A DNA stretch of 64,000 nt, from assembly GCA_048128005.1 (NCBI GenBank), contig JBEUKZ010000078.1, forward strand, positions 310,001-374,000. The letters are read 5' to 3'. The notes beneath the pieces were generated by a model, which searched no databases, was not told the DNA's origin, and was given only the letters and a program-made list of their open reading frames with translations. Positions 23,231-37,817 of the stretch are shown here, one piece after another; position 1 is the stretch's first letter, and each line of letters begins with the position of its first letter. The position numbers and the translations under genes were made by a program. Source of the DNA: Veleropilina oligotropha. Its lineage: Eukaryota.

Positions 23231-25409
23231 TAAATTTTTAAATGCGCGCCGCAATCTTCAGACGCACGCAGCGGCCTCCTTTTACGACCGATCGATTTTT
23301 CGCTTGCAATTTAACTTCCCCTTAGTACGTCAATCATATCTGGAAAGTCTTCCCTCGCTGTCATTGGCGGTTTTTGAGAAGAAGATTTTTTTAGAGTTTT
23401 AATATATTCAAAATGGCGGCCAAACCGCAATTCCCAGACAGTACGTTAAGGACGCGGCACAACTTCACTAATGCACCTATAAACCTGCAAAGTTTTATTG
23501 CTGTAGCCCTAGCCGTTTTGGCGTTATTGCAAACACAACATTTTGGAGAAAATAATAAAGAATTAAATGTGACGATAAAAAATAGCTCACTCACTCCCTT
23601 TCTTCAGTGATCAACTTAAATTGAGCTCCTTAAATTTCTCACAACTAAGTTACACATATCACTATTTGTTACAAGAAATTATGTCTGCACTTAACAATAC
23701 TTATGACTTTTCTTAAGCCCATCTTTGTCTAAACAATAATCACACAATGCAGATGAGGGCATGGAAGACATTGATCTGTAGGCCTACATATTACTTTATG
23801 TCTATGAATGAAAAGACCATGACATTTACACCTGACAAGCCCATCCCAGTATTTTAAAATGAAAGTTCTCCTGAAATGATTTAATATACATACACAGCCG
23901 TCCCCAACAGCTCGACTAGTAGTGCGGTGGAAAAACGAAAGTTGGAGGATAGGTCGTGGGTTCAAATATCGCAACCGGTGTGGCGTATTATAACCCCTAA
24001 ATAGAAGGGGTGGTTTAAAACAGTTAACCCATTATCCGTCCATGGAGCGGAGACGTTACATCGATGCTCCTACAACAATATCACTGTGAAAGATTGTTAA
24101 AAACGTGCAAAATCCCGGGTCCCGATTGACATCATATAACAACTGAACTCGGAAAAAGCAGTATACGCAAAAATTCCTTTTATATTGTTTTATTTCATTA
24201 TCAATACTCCATATGGCAACTGGTATACGTGACAAACACGTTATATCATTCTGAGATCAGGAAAGTAAATGTTAAGAAGTAACAATATCAAATAAAATGG
24301 CGTTGAATGACGACAATACGAACAAAACAAAGCCCTCTCAGCCGTAAACAAACATCGACAAGGATTGTTTTGCCAACCAGCCTCGCTCTGACACTTTGTG
24401 ACGTCAAGCTGTTGTCTGACTGAAGCCTGATATCAACGATGGCACCACCGAGAGTTAGATGTCACAAATGGATACAAATTGATACATGATGCAGATTCTA
24501 TGAAGTAACAGCTACACCTGCTGACAGCATTAATCTGTGGATGTTGATGTTGGTTGATATGTGACACCAAGAAACAAAATGTCAAGATATAGTTCGAACA
24601 ATTTTTCCTTCATAATGTACAGATGGGAAAATTTTCCAATTCGGAACTGTCTCTTTGTCATCATTTTCATGATATGAATATTTTAATTGTTGGTGCAAAG
24701 TAACATATATGAAAACAGCTTACATTATGATGCAATTTCCAATATAGAAGGCCGCCGTAGCACAGTGGTTAGAGCGTAGATCTCTGGCGTTCAGAGTACT
24801 GCGTTCGATGATATTTTTTCTCACCAAATCTCTAATGACTGGTGTATATATATTTCTTTTGTAATTGACTTATTGCAGAAGCAAAGTTCCCCGATAACGA
24901 CTGCAGTTTATATTCAAAATGTTAAAATATAATATATTTAAACAATCAATAATGATTTACATTGTTTTGTGTGGTATTTATTTATGTGATTTACAGTTAT
25001 TTGTGCGTAGTCAACTCAGTGAAAGTCGGGCATATGAAGCTTTTGAACCGTGGCTTTCATTTAGGCCTTGTATATAATATAATTATTGCCTACGAATACA
25101 TATAACTGAAAATGACAAAATTGTTTGTCATAAACGCTTATACATCGGCTTTACCACTTCATGGACTTTCCATTTATAATTTATCAACGACTTTAGTCTG
25201 CGGTTGAATGATTAATTAGAAGATATGACTTAAAAGGCTGATTAATGTCTAGCGTATTTGGAGCAGTAAAGAATTTATGATAGCCTGAATATTTGTAAAT
25301 ATACCCATCGTACCAGGTGCTGGAAATTTGCAACATGACAACACAGCTAGGTTGCATTGCCTACAATATTGCCTCTGTCAAAGGGTCTGTTTGTGTATTT
25401 TATAATAAG

Positions 25410-25547
25410 TTATTAGTTGAGCCGTGTAAACGGAGAAACTATTGTATTGGGGCTGTCTGTCTGTGTGGTGGTGTATGTCCGTGTGGTGGTGCATGTCCAC
25501 GATGAATTTACATGGTTCAATTATGCTTCCTCTCGGATGCGCTTGTT
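25410..25547. mobile_element. Short HINE-like element (family C)
   Basis: ttattagttgagcc...(gtct)n...ggctcaactatgcttcctctcggatgcgcttg. Other copies at 54543-54662, 63277-63397 and a partial one at 54353-54387. Confidence 0.7.
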
Positions 25548-27229
25548 GTTAGTATAATGACAATGTACAGCATGTATCCCTTTGGCCAAGGTAAAATTCA
25601 TTATTTGGACAAAAAGACTATTTAAAGCAATTTATAATCTGGGTTGGCTATTTATTTGTGACAAACAACGGTAAATCACCAGGTACAACTAAGTTGGTCA
25701 CATTATGTGTCAAGTCGCTAACACGGTTGTGAATTGTTCGTTGTTTACCGATGTTATGTCTCTAATCGAATTGGAAGTTTATAACCAGAATTGGTATGAT
25801 TTCATATAATGACTTTGATATTGGGCATACGTACTGCACATCACATTCGTATATAACACATTAACACTACGCTATAATTGTATTTATGGGAGCTCAAAAT
25901 TGTCAATGTTCTTGGAAAGTTGTAAACAATACTCATTATTACCGATTGATTATGATCATTTTTGCTCTAGGCCTATTTGCGAATTCATTATCCATGTTTC
26001 CGCATCTATTTCTTACAAAAAATATGAATGGCAAGATTATGATATGCAGACAATTGTACTTTATAGTATCCTAGTAATTTGTATTTTGAAATCCGACTAT
26101 AAAAATGAAAGTTAGAAGTATAGGCCAATACGTATATCGCATCCTCGCTTTAGTCTACAAACCTAAATTTCCATATCCATTTATGCGGACATGAAAGAAT
26201 GTATGTGTATTTTCATCAAAGGTTGCAGAAAATAACATAGAAATACTTGGATATTTTAGTAAATCATTGCTCTTGCCATTTTCAATGATTCTGTTTTCCA
26301 TGTTTGCAAACACTAGTTTACATGCATATCCATTTCCGTCCTGAAATGCGGCTCGCATGATACTAATCACCAAATGGTTATCTTAGTTAGTAGTCTCTGC
26401 TTTGATCCACTGATAGCCAATGGTCTCATGTTGACACAAGTAATTAATTAGCTTTAATTACATGCTAAAGACACTGATATACAACAACCCTGGCTAGCAG
26501 GCAGCGCCTTGTTGACTTTAGCATCAATAAACCTGTTACAGGGACATGAGCTCTTGAGATTGGGCAATAAATATTTCTTTTACCATTAATTGACACAACA
26601 AAAATTATTAAAACTCGAACCGTTCAAGATATTTTCTTGATAATCAAGAAATATATATTAGGCATTGATAGTGAACTTTAGGAAAAATTTCAAATAAAGA
26701 GCATCAGTATTAGCTGTGTTATGAACATTTTCAAATGCAAAATTCATTTACGTGTATTTTATACATACAAATGGATATCAATATAATAAATGCATACTAT
26801 GATAGTGCACATTCATGAGATTAAAATAAATTACGTTTTGTTTCATAGTAATAAAAATTAAGGAAACTGCAGTCTTTTTAAAATTTAAAATTGAATTCAT
26901 CTTAGCTGTTAATACGTTTGTGCTAACATTGTTTCGTTCACAAAACAATATAGAGATGACACTTATGTCAGTATATGCCGATTTCCATGTCGAACGGTCC
27001 AACATTTAACGAGGAAATGACGTTTTAGTATAATTTTTCAATCCATGATTGCGTCATAACCGAAAGTCGCATCGGTGATGTCTTTGCAGGAAACATAACT
27101 TAGCATATGCACTTATATTCCTGCGAAGTTGGAAAAGTATAGTTAAAGCAAAATATAAGTTATAAACGATTGAAAATTTCAATTTTTTCCCAACATTAGG
27201 ATGCCAGCAGCTGCCTTGTTTTACGACCG

Positions 27230-28644
27230 ATCGATTTTTCGCTCGCAATATTACTTCGTCATAAGACATACATCATATCTGGAAAGTTTAACCTCGTTGG
27301 CTTTGACAGTTTGTTAGAAGAAGATTTTTTAAAAAGTGGTGTTTTTTTTACAAAACACATGATAACGACGAAACTATGCGACCTAGAGACTAGGTTAAGG
27401 ACGCGGCACAACTTCACTAATGCACCTATAAGCCTGCAAAATTTTATTGCTGTAGCTCTGGCAGTTTTTGAGTTATCGCTGTCACAAAATCGTGGAGAAA
27501 ATAATAAATCAGAATCAGAATAATAATAATAATTCGTAGAATAACAATAGGGCTTCAAGCCTGAAAGCTTGAAGCCCTAATAATAATTCTTTCAATTTCA
27601 ATAGGGCTTCAAGCTTGAAAAGGCTTGAAGCCCTAATTAAAGCTGCGAGCAGCTGTGAGGGCTTCAATCAGATAAACGAAATAAAAAAAAGACGTAAAAT
27701 ACAAATAAATAAAAAAGTTTAATTTAAAAAAAAAAAAATTACAAAAAATACTAAATGTAAAAAATTTTTTTTATATTTTAAGATATACATATGGCCACTC
27801 TGAATCGAATGCCGCCAATCTTAGATTTCTACGCCGTATAGTAGTTTTTAAATCTATTATCTTGTGCATTAACCTATGATGGAAATTAAGAAGTATCTAT
27901 AATAATGAATGCGCAACTGGACTGACCAACAGAATATCAATGTTTTCACCATATATTAACAGTTAATGAATCATGTAGCCTTCTGTTGGCTAAATGTTTA
28001 CTTAAGCCTGATAGCAGAACTTCTGAAGGGCCTTGCTGTCCACTGGACAGGGTTGCTGCGCGGCTTTATGACACCTCAAAGAGGCAGGCTCATAAACTGC
28101 CTACTTCATCTGGTAAGGCAATTAGCACTGAGCTGGTCGCGCCGACATGAGACGAGGAATTAAAATAGTATTATTTAAACAATGAAAGTACTTATTGTAT
28201 TCTTGTCACAATTCTCTAATATAACGATCTTTATATAGTATATTTTATGCGAAAATCTGGAAGAAAAAGGACGATTTTTAGAGGCACTATGAAGCAATAT
28301 TCATCTAAAAAAACTAAGTCTAATAAAAGCTGCTAGCAGCTGTATAGGGCTCCAAGTTATATTCCTGGATATTCTAAAAATTTTAGGATTTTTTAAAAAA
28401 AATTTAAAATTTTTTAAAAAAAATTGAAAGTTTTTAGATCGAATTTTTTTATTATTTCCATTCAAAATATCTAAGCTCTAGCATCAATATTAACCGAGTT
28501 GGCCATTTCGTGACCATTTTCTGGAAAAAATAGGGCGTTTTCCTTAATTAGGTCATATACTGCAATGTAGGTCAACTGAGGTCAAAGGTCAAGGTCACAT
28601 GTGAACGATGAACCATGACTTCCCATAGGCTCCCCATAGTAACT
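27230..28644 (+). mobile_element. Second HINE-like cluster
   Basis: Two 3' hairpins at 27549-27578 and 27603-27634; 27639-28644 is nearly identical to 20544-21540. Confidence 0.7.
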
Positions 28645-29097
28645 GTGCCCACTAGTATATACCTGAACGACAGATGTTAACACCCTTCGTCACCAACTCT
28701 CGGGCCGCTTCGACAGTACAGTGGTACGGTTGTGGATTCCGAAAATCACTGACTTGTTTCCGCTGACGCGAACAGTAGTGGGTTCGATCCCCGGCTGAGG
28801 CATCATACATTTGTTCAAGTTATGAAGCACAGTTGTCCGTGACTGGTCGATGAGGGCGGATTTACCCGGGCGACAGAGCTTTCCTCTCGCGATAATACGG
28901 ACATGTCCTGGTTTGAACCAAACGATGGTTGGAAATATACAAGACATTAAGCATCGATCCTTTCCTTTCCTTTTCGTCACCAAATCTTGCCAAACATGGT
29001 GAAGTAGACGTCAGTCAACGTCCACCCTGTGGGGATTGTTTGTTCATGCATGAAATATGGAAGTTATGTCTGCAACCTGACCCGTCTGTGCCAAATC
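28645..29097 (+). pseudogene. Displaced Academ C-terminal piece carrying a SINE (paralog of 44480-44930)
   Basis: Same sequence and same SINE (28697-28972; TSD ttcgtcaccaa at 28686-28696 and 28973-28983) as at 44480-44930. Confidence 0.8.
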
Positions 29098-29928
29098 ACC
29101 GGATTGACTGCTCTGACTAACAGGAGTGCGTTCGAATTTCAGGTGAGGCAATTGCATTATTTCTTCAGTTGCCAAGTCGTGACAGTTGTACGTACCTGAT
29201 CGGCGATGGTGAACTTTCCTCCTGCGAAAATATGGACATGTCCTGGTTTGACCCCGGGAGCTGTAAATAAACAGGACAATAAGCATTGATCAAATCTAAT
29301 AAATTTAGAACAAATCAAAATTTCAGCAGATATTTTTATTGTCCTTATTATGTACAAAAAACTATATATATATATAATTATATATAGCAAAGTCAAATTA
29401 TAATGCACAGTATATAAGATTACATTACGATAAAAATAATTATAAAATTAAGGATTTTTAAAATTATCTGCAGTTGCACATTGCGCAGACATTTTACTTT
29501 TAAATTGAATTTAGCAAAAAATAAATATTACATATTAAAAAAACATGTAAGTAGATAGCACATCCTTTGCGTAGCTAACATTATTATATATAGAAAATAC
29601 TGGCACTTTTTGCAAAATCTATAAAATATACCTTTTAATTAAATAAATATTATATAATATTAATAAGTAAACATTTTTCTACACCATGTCATCTTTCCTT
29701 CACGATGCTCAGTGAGGTTGCGCGATGGAAACACAAATTTAAGGTAATATTCGTCATGAAGTATTCAATACATCGTTTACTATTACGCTACCAATATCAG
29801 ACATTTTACTATATATATATAATGACTATAATGCTAAACTCTCTTAGTATGCGCAACCGACTTCGCCAATACTTATATTACCAGAATTCGTAAATGCTTA
29901 TTAGAAATGCAAATATGCCATTGTATTA

Positions 29929-29976
29929 TTAGACTGGTGTAGTTTGGCGGCTGCGAATATATGTCACGTTATTCAC
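29929..29976 (-). pseudogene. Third, truncated copy of the SH3 gene's last exon (VNNVTYIRSRQTTPV*)
   Basis: 29097-29976 matches 6030-6936, then breaks into the paralog of 3430-4150. Confidence 0.75.
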
Positions 29977-32196
29977 GCTATCTTTTGATCACCTATATTG
30001 CTCCAAGACACAGTGAAAAATTCCAATGCAGCAAATTGTCAGCCGAAAATTTAGCCACTTTTCTGTAGATAGCATGGACAGGAATTCCGTATTTTACACA
30101 TTCCATATTGCCTGACACGTACGTTTCACGGAATATTCCATTGACTTTACATTTCAAGACGACAGCTATCCGCACCACTTTATTAGGAATTCCTTGTTGC
30201 AAGAACTCGAAGAGTCCGAGATAGTCTCTCATCCATGCCTATAGAGGACCAATGGTTTCCTTTGTGGAATATAAACGGATCTATCCGGTGTAGAAGATCG
30301 TTATATATCTCTGTTCTCATCCAAACTATCTGTAGTGAATATCGTCGCTTTCCAATGCTCGAATAAGGGAATTTAATTCGCCTGTTGATTGCACGGACAT
30401 ACCAATTTCCTCTATTGCACCTTTTCTTTTGCAGCAGGAAAGGAAAGGATCGATGCTTAATGTCCTGTATATTTCCAACCATCATAAGAAGGACATGTTC
30501 ATATTGTCTCTGGGGGAAAGCCCAATCGTGATTCATAATTTGAACAAATGTGTGATGTCTCTGCCGAGGTTCGAACCCACTACTGTTCGCGTCAGCGGAA
30601 TCAAGCCAATGATTTTTCGGAGTCCACAACCGAAACCACAGAGTTGTGGAAGCGGTCTGCAGCAGGAAAATTAGCAGGGGATGTATCTATTTATCACATA
30701 TCTAGGTCATTTTCCCATAGTGCAACACTATGTATTATTCGTCGTAAGACACGTGTGTGAAAGCCATATTGAAATGCGATTGGATGAATTAATGAATTAA
30801 ATTAGAACAGCCAATAGAAATGCGTGTCACTAAAGGTCGAACGCACTTCTTGTTTTACTACGTATAATATATTTACTATAATGTCATAAGGTGATTGCCG
30901 CCAATATTTATAATGTTGACATTATGGCGGCGATAGTGGGAACATTTATAGCAACGGCCACAAAACAACAACATGGTAGAGATTATTGGAACTGATTTCG
31001 AGGTAACGAGATTGCAGACGCAACAATCACATTTATGCAGGTACGTAGGCCGCGATAGCAGACGTCAAATGACAGATCGAAGCATCTGAGATCATAGCCT
31101 GAGATGCGCACGAATGTTTGACGAGGTAATAACGTAAGCGCAGCAGGTGCATAGTCAGTAACAAAACACTGCTCAACTGGGGCGGAATCACAACAAATTG
31201 CATAATTTAAAGTCTTGTGAAAATGAACGTCAATGTGAGCATTGCCCGTCTACTCTTCTGCATGACCTACCACCGCACGGATGGTGATAGACTTTCAATG
31301 GCAGCAGAAATTCAATGTTGATGCGATTCATTAAGTAATCAATAATGAGCAATTTCTAAAAGTTTCGTCACTTTGCGTCATGTAATTTTAGTAATGCACA
31401 ATATTTATTTATGTTGTGGCAATGACATTATTTCTTCAGATGTCAAGTCGTAACAGTTGTCCGAAAGTGATCGGCGGTGGTGTACTTTCCTCCCGCGAAA
31501 ATATGGACATGTCCCGGTTTGAACCTGGGAGTTGTAAATAAACAGGACAATAAGCATCGATCCAATCTAATCAATTCATAACAAGACAAAATTTCAGCAG
31601 ATATTTTTATTGTCCTTATTATCATATGTATAGCAAAATATATAACAAAGTCAAATTTTAAAATTGCATCAAATAGTCGTTCATATGTATATTATATAAG
31701 ATTATATAATGATTAATATAATTATAAAATAAAATAATCTTACAAATTATCCGCAGCGGCACATTGTGCAGACATTTTTACTTTATTTATTTAGCAGAAA
31801 AATAATATTACATATTAAAACATATGTAAGTAGATAGCACATCCTTTGCGTAGCTAACATTATTATATATAGAAAATACTGGCACTTTTTGCAAAATCTA
31901 TAAAATATACATTTGAAATAAATAAATATTGTCATATTAATAGGTAAACATTTCTCTATACCGGTGTCATCTTTTCTTTACGGTTGGGTTGTGCGATTAC
32001 AACACACATTTAGAAGTAATAGTCGTCTTAAATATTCAATACATCGTTTACTATTACGTTACCAATATCAAGCCATTTTACTATATATAATGACTATAAT
32101 GCTACAATCTCTTAAGCATGCGCAACCGACTTCGCCAATACTTAAATTACCAGAATTATAAATGCTTATTAGAAATGCAAATATGCCACTGTATTA

Positions 32197-35100
32197 TTAG
32201 ACTGGTGTAGTTTGGCGGCTGCGAATATATGTCACGTTATTCACAGGGTAAAATCCGTATTTCTTGAGAGAACGGGGCGATTTCTTTGTCCACCCATAAC
32301 ACATGCCTTCTGCATTTGGCACCCTCTTTTGCTTCAGCGTCATGCCTAAAATAAGCAAATGAAATACATATTTAAATTTAAATTTGAATTTTGATATTAT
32401 GATTCGTTGCTCATCATAAAAAAAGGAAAAAATATCAGATTTAAATATTTTGAAGCGATTCCATTTCAACACAGACTCCATCCTGACATAAACGTTTCCA
32501 TCCACGTTATTCATTGTTAAAAGTGCATATTGACGTTCATGTCAGTTTTACTGCTTGGCTCATTCATATACTCTATTGGTGTAGCCAGAGAGAGCAAGTA
32601 ACACGGGTATTTTCAATCATGGACTTAGATAATTTAACACCAATACCTTTTTTCAGGATGAGCTCTTTCCGGTTTTGTCTCTTGTATTCTTCGATGACGG
32701 TCACGTACACGTTTTCGCTGTCTACTTCTGTGTTGATATATTCCGATACCAAATGCATCGTCTCTGTAATATGAACGTGCATTGAACATGAGATGAAGGT
32801 ACAATAATTAGTTACTGTTTAAACCTTGTCCATGTTAAAGACAAGACACAAAGGTGACACAATTCCTTTTGTCATTTAACTGATATATTTTGAAAAAAGA
32901 AAATCGAATTATCCAATACCGATCATCTGATATATTTTGAAAAAGAAAAGCAAATTACCAACAGTTACCATCTAACGAATACACACGTGAAATGCAGTAG
33001 CGAATAAAAAAAACACAGTAAGAATAACTCAACGTAAACTTTATAATCGTTATGCATACACCAGTAGTTTTACTATGTAGACCTACGGATTCTATAATAG
33101 TGATGTATGCAAGAACCCAACATTCTAACGTACCATGCCAGTCAAAGCGCAGAGACTTCTTCTTTTTGCAAATATTTGTCACTGTAATTAAATAATAAAT
33201 TAATAACCTCAGAAACAGTTCATCCGCCTCAAACAGTTCAAGCCATTGTGTTACAAAAGGATTGTGCAAATGGTAGTACAATTTATTGAAGTACTCTTTC
33301 CCATATTAACTCAGGAAGAAAGCTCGGCCGCCTTGAAAAACCCAAAATGTGATAGGGATCTGGATAAAAAGGTCATTGCCCTAATCGGGGTTTGAACGTA
33401 TACTCCTGTTAGATAAAGTCGTCTAGCGAGAGAATTCAAATTTCACACTCTGATGCACTCAACTACAAGTACGACATCACATAGAGGAATGTAGATCAGT
33501 TATTGCCATTACGACAATTTTACGATACAAATAAAAAAGATAAAAACAAGAACGCAGCAAACAGTTGCAACATTTAACAAAATGCAACATAAAATGGCAA
33601 CGCGAACAATTTACCTATTTAGGTAATATTGATACAATCCACACTCCGAAAATCTGAAAGCGAATATTAGATATGATCATGGTGTTTAAATTTAATTTCA
33701 CGTCATACGCTGTGTTGAAATAATTGATTAATAGATTTTATGACAATCTTTACGTCATGAAATTTTTAAGTCAACTGAATTGTTTATTACAAGAAACCGA
33801 TAGATTTATGTTCTAGATATCTTTACGTATTAAATAGTTATCCCAATAATATTATGTACTTTTCTCTCTTACCTGTGTCAGTCGTAAGTGCTTTATTTGC
33901 GACCGGACGTTTTATATAGACATCTGGACGCTTTCTCTCATATTTCGCAAAGGAGTCAAATTCGTCTCCAATATTGCATAAAGTCTCATCGATCACTGTA
34001 ACGTAATAAATATCTCCTAATTAAATATGTTATAGATATCAGTGTCATATATATATTAGTAGTTCGCTTTTGTGCTTGCTTAAATATATCAAAAGACACA
34101 TGTCTAACATTTATCCGCAGTGCGTTCCGTACCATTTAATTGAATTTTCATTTCAGCATCGATGCTCTGATGGTTTGCTTTCAGCTTGTAAGCAAATTCA
34201 TCATTTCTATTTTTTCGTTCATTTTCCTAAAAAGGCAATAGGCATAAAACGAACATTAAAATCGTCAAAGTTTACATATAAGGGCACCATTAATGCTTTT
34301 GAGATAGTGCTTGCATGCAACAGAGATGCACTATATTTAGAAGACATCCATTGATCTTAACATCAAATATGTATACATAATTTTACTAGTATAGGCCTAT
34401 GTAATATCTAATCGATAAAAATGCATGACGGCTTTACATATAGACGTTGATCATGCGTAAAAGTTATTTTGTAAAATGGAAAGAAAATTTCATTTAAAAT
34501 GGCTTTAATTATAGCTATTATTAAGTGTGAAGTATCCATACCCTTTGTCCATGAATGGACAAGGCTTCTCCTGATTCACTGAAATGGAAAAGTATATTTA
34601 TCTTTTTACATTAAATGACAATTTTAGCTGCCACACGTCATAAATTGATATATGCATACAGCTGATTTCTATCCTGATAATGGATACTACATGTATATAT
34701 GCCGATTCCAATACGTCATTCATTTAAACTGATTCGTATGAAATTCATCATATAAATAATAACCTTTGAATATTTATGTGTCTTGCATAATTGATCGTTG
34801 CTTAATGATAAAATTATCGCTGTTTCTGTTAAGGATATTTTCTTTTCTCATTGTTCTAATTTATTGATTTCTAATTTATTGCTCTAAAATAAATGCACAA
34901 TTCTAAAGTCATTTCAGCTTTGACATTAGCCTGCTAGTATATATTATGAGAAACATCCCTTATATACATAGTTATTTGCTTACATCTCCAGGTTTTCGCG
35001 AATATCCGACATCGTTTCCCATTTCTTTGGTGACGATGATGCGGACTTCGACGCGCACGATTTCTTGAAAAATCGCCAACAGCATGACAGACTGCTCTTC

Positions 35101-35810
35101 TCCTCATATACCGAAGCTTGTCGGTATACGATACGATTACTGTTACTAAAATATATAGGGGCCTAAATATAAAAGTTCATTTCAAATTTGAAAATGTTTT
35201 TGTTAATGACTGAATGTTCTTCATTGCAAGAAAGTGTACACTTCACGATATAAAGACGTTAATTGTCCCGGAGATATAATGAATTTAACAGAATTACCAA
35301 TGCGGAAATATATGTCTAAAAGGTAGAAATGTAATAACATTTCTACGTTTTAGACATATATTTCCTATTGTCTTACTTGAGCATTGTGTATTTTAAAGAT
35401 AAAAAGTCTATTTGGCAATAACGCACGGAGTAACTAGGGACTAGGGTAATTTGGATGCAAGACAATGGCTGGTGTACCAAAAAGTGATACCTGGGATATA
35501 TCGTTGTATTTTAATGTTCGAAGCCTTAATTTGTTGTTTACTTGTTCATCGATGTTTACTCTACAAGACTGTACATGATTTTGTGAAAAATTCATATAAA
35601 AAGATAGTTTAGACCTAAAACTTTGGAAAAATCTTTGTAAATTCAAGATGGCCGCCATGATGGATTCACAGCAGAATGCCATGCTTCTTAATCTAGGAAA
35701 ATGGGAGTTTAAGTTTTTAAATTAATCCTGGTCGGCTTAAGGGGCACTCACGTAAACGTATCTTCACTTCTTTGTGCAATTCCTTGCATATCGTTTGAAG
35801 TATTCATCAT
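32197..35810 (-). CDS. 11-exon host gene, copy 2 (SH3 + BH3-like motif); 1-nt homopolymer deletion in exon 3
   Basis: Exons 35810-35752, 35560-35491, 35407-35377 (31 nt vs 32 nt in copy 1), 35315-35298, 35145-34984, 34578-34542, 34226-34133, 33995-33873, 33181-33134, 32763-32647 and 32345-32197. All splice dinucleotides are conserved. Exon 2 is open here (TTA where copy 1 has TGA). Several differences from copy 1 are synonymous. Confidence 0.8.
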
Positions 35811-36839
35811 TAATTCTCTTCAAATGAAGATTTTCGAGAGAGAGATTGTCTTTACGTGGCAACAAAATGGCTGAACTTTCTCGAAAATGGTGACGTTCTT
35901 AACGTGACGTCATAGAATACGTCATGACACACGAAACGTCTCTCGGTAATCTCCCTTGAACTAGGCAAACGTCAAAGCGTAAACTGCATGGTATGTCAGG
36001 GCCGAATTCAGGATTGTGTACCGTATTACGGGAGAGAAACAAAACTATTTGCCCTTGAAGGGGATATTTAGGGAAGGGGGGGGTTCTGTTTCACGGAACG
36101 TGAATATGCAAAATTCTGCAATGCGAGCCATAGTTTTTGACAGATATTTATGTGGCTTATGAAGAAAAATACTTTTCTATATAAGTTTGACCCGAGAAAT
36201 TTATTTCCGATACTTTTGCGAGGTTAAAGGTTAAGGTAAGATCAATTTCAAGGTCATTTTTTCCTAAAAATGGTCGAAAACCGAAGCATTTCGGTATTTG
36301 TAGAGGTACGATCAATAATTGTTTCGAGTTGAGGCCACCACGTGCATGAGCAATTACGGAGTTCACATTGGGGTCTTCACGACCATGCCACATAATCACG
36401 ACCCTATATCATCATCATCGCCATGGCAAAATGCATGTACGATACCTTAATTTCTTCTAATTTATGTTACTATATCAATAGCCAGTTCGCACGGTAGCCA
36501 ATGTGAAAACTAAGATATGAAGAACACCCTCCCACACAGACACGCTGCTTACATCCGTGGTTTATATGATGAAATCGCCGCAAGACCTCGGCATTACCTA
36601 CATTCATTCGTCTTTTGAAATGCAATTGCATAATCAGATCATGCAAATCAAACGGAGCGATTCGCAGATTTAAAAAGCCCGTGACGTGATGCACATAATA
36701 TTATATGTGCTAAATGTTCTGAGAGCAAACTGCAATAAATATTGGGAAAGGTGGCATCACGTTAGCACCGACACAATTGATAGAATGAATTGATTGCTTT
36801 CCCACACATATGTATTCGATATACTATGAAACATCTGAA

Positions 36840-37817
36840 TCGAGGCGTAAAAATTGATAACAAGGTGGTCTTCGACCTGGAGCCAAATTTTTTATCTTCT
36901 TTAGTCCCCGGCAACAACGTGATATGGAACTCCTGTCGATATTCGTGTATGAGCTATGTGCTATTCCAACATTGCTGATGGGTGAAGAGGAACAAGGCAA
37001 TGCTAATACAAAAACTTGGAGTAAAGCAGCAAGTCTCAACGTTGACGCTCAGCAGTTGTTGTATCGCGTGGTATGGTCAAGTGGGTGAAATGTTGCCGTG
37101 CTGCCATATTCCTTGAAAGTGCGGCTTATGGCGTTTTCTTCAACAGAAAAAATCCTCGTATATCGGTTGCAACGCATTGACTCCACTACATTCAACCTGG
37201 ACCCAAATAGCCCTATGTCAAGTAGCCGTAAAACAGTGGCCTGTCACGCCTTTTCAGCACAATCAAACATGGGGTCTGGGGTATCAGTGGGGAGCAGAGA
37301 TGACAGCGTTATTCTTGTACGATGAAGCTGAAATCACCGTCGTCAACTATCTGCTGGTCGAAAGGTCGTCAAGATTCTCGGCGACGACAGGTACATCTTC
37401 GTGCTGTTTGTCCACTAGACGTGGCGTTATGATCTACTGGGTCGTCTCTTCGTAGAGATAAAAATGATGGAAATTGTGTCCATCGTATGACACATGTGCC
37501 GACTTGCGAGACAGTGTTCACGCAGCTGCTTGAGGCTCATATGACCAGCTGCTATGTCCAAAAGATATTGGATACGTGTAACTTTCCAAGGCTGTTCCAT
37601 GTGCTGGATGAGGATTGTGCAACTGAAGCGGACATGAGGGCAGAAAGATTGCTGTACATTGCAGCGCTCTATGGAGAGCCAAAAAGCACCGCAATGGCTC
37701 AAGCTCGATGCAATAATGTATACAGACAAGCAAAGCAAACCTCTGACCATCTTGTCACTGCCACGGAAGGACATAATATTTATCTCCATATGCGACAGGG
37801 CCATCTACATCATCTGC
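36840..37817 (+). pseudogene. AcademX remnant (XPG-like/C-terminal part) interrupted by the LINE
   Basis: QQRDMELLSIFVYELCAIP, DAQQLLYRVVW, DEAEITVVNYLL...KILGDD, ALYGEPKSTAMAQAR and LHMRQGHL; resumes at 41683. Confidence 0.65.

Larger units (their letters stand above)
18840..23560 (+). mobile_element. Cluster of Helentron/HINE-like non-autonomous elements
   Basis: Repeated 5' ends aaagctgc(g/a/t)agcagctg at ~18840, 20544, 21221 and 22170; 3' hairpin agggcttcaagc...gcttgaagccct at 20492-20524; insertions in (aat)n tracts; no coding capacity. Confidence 0.65.

Noticed and set aside
24750..24812. tRNA gene (similar signals at 5135-5210 and 48545-48600)
   Set aside because: Only degenerate A/B boxes and no complete cloverleaf; better explained as SINE heads.
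26163..26340. Candidate minus-strand exon (DGNGYACKLVF...)
   Set aside because: No partner exons or recognisable domain were found; adjacent sequence looks like decayed LINE.
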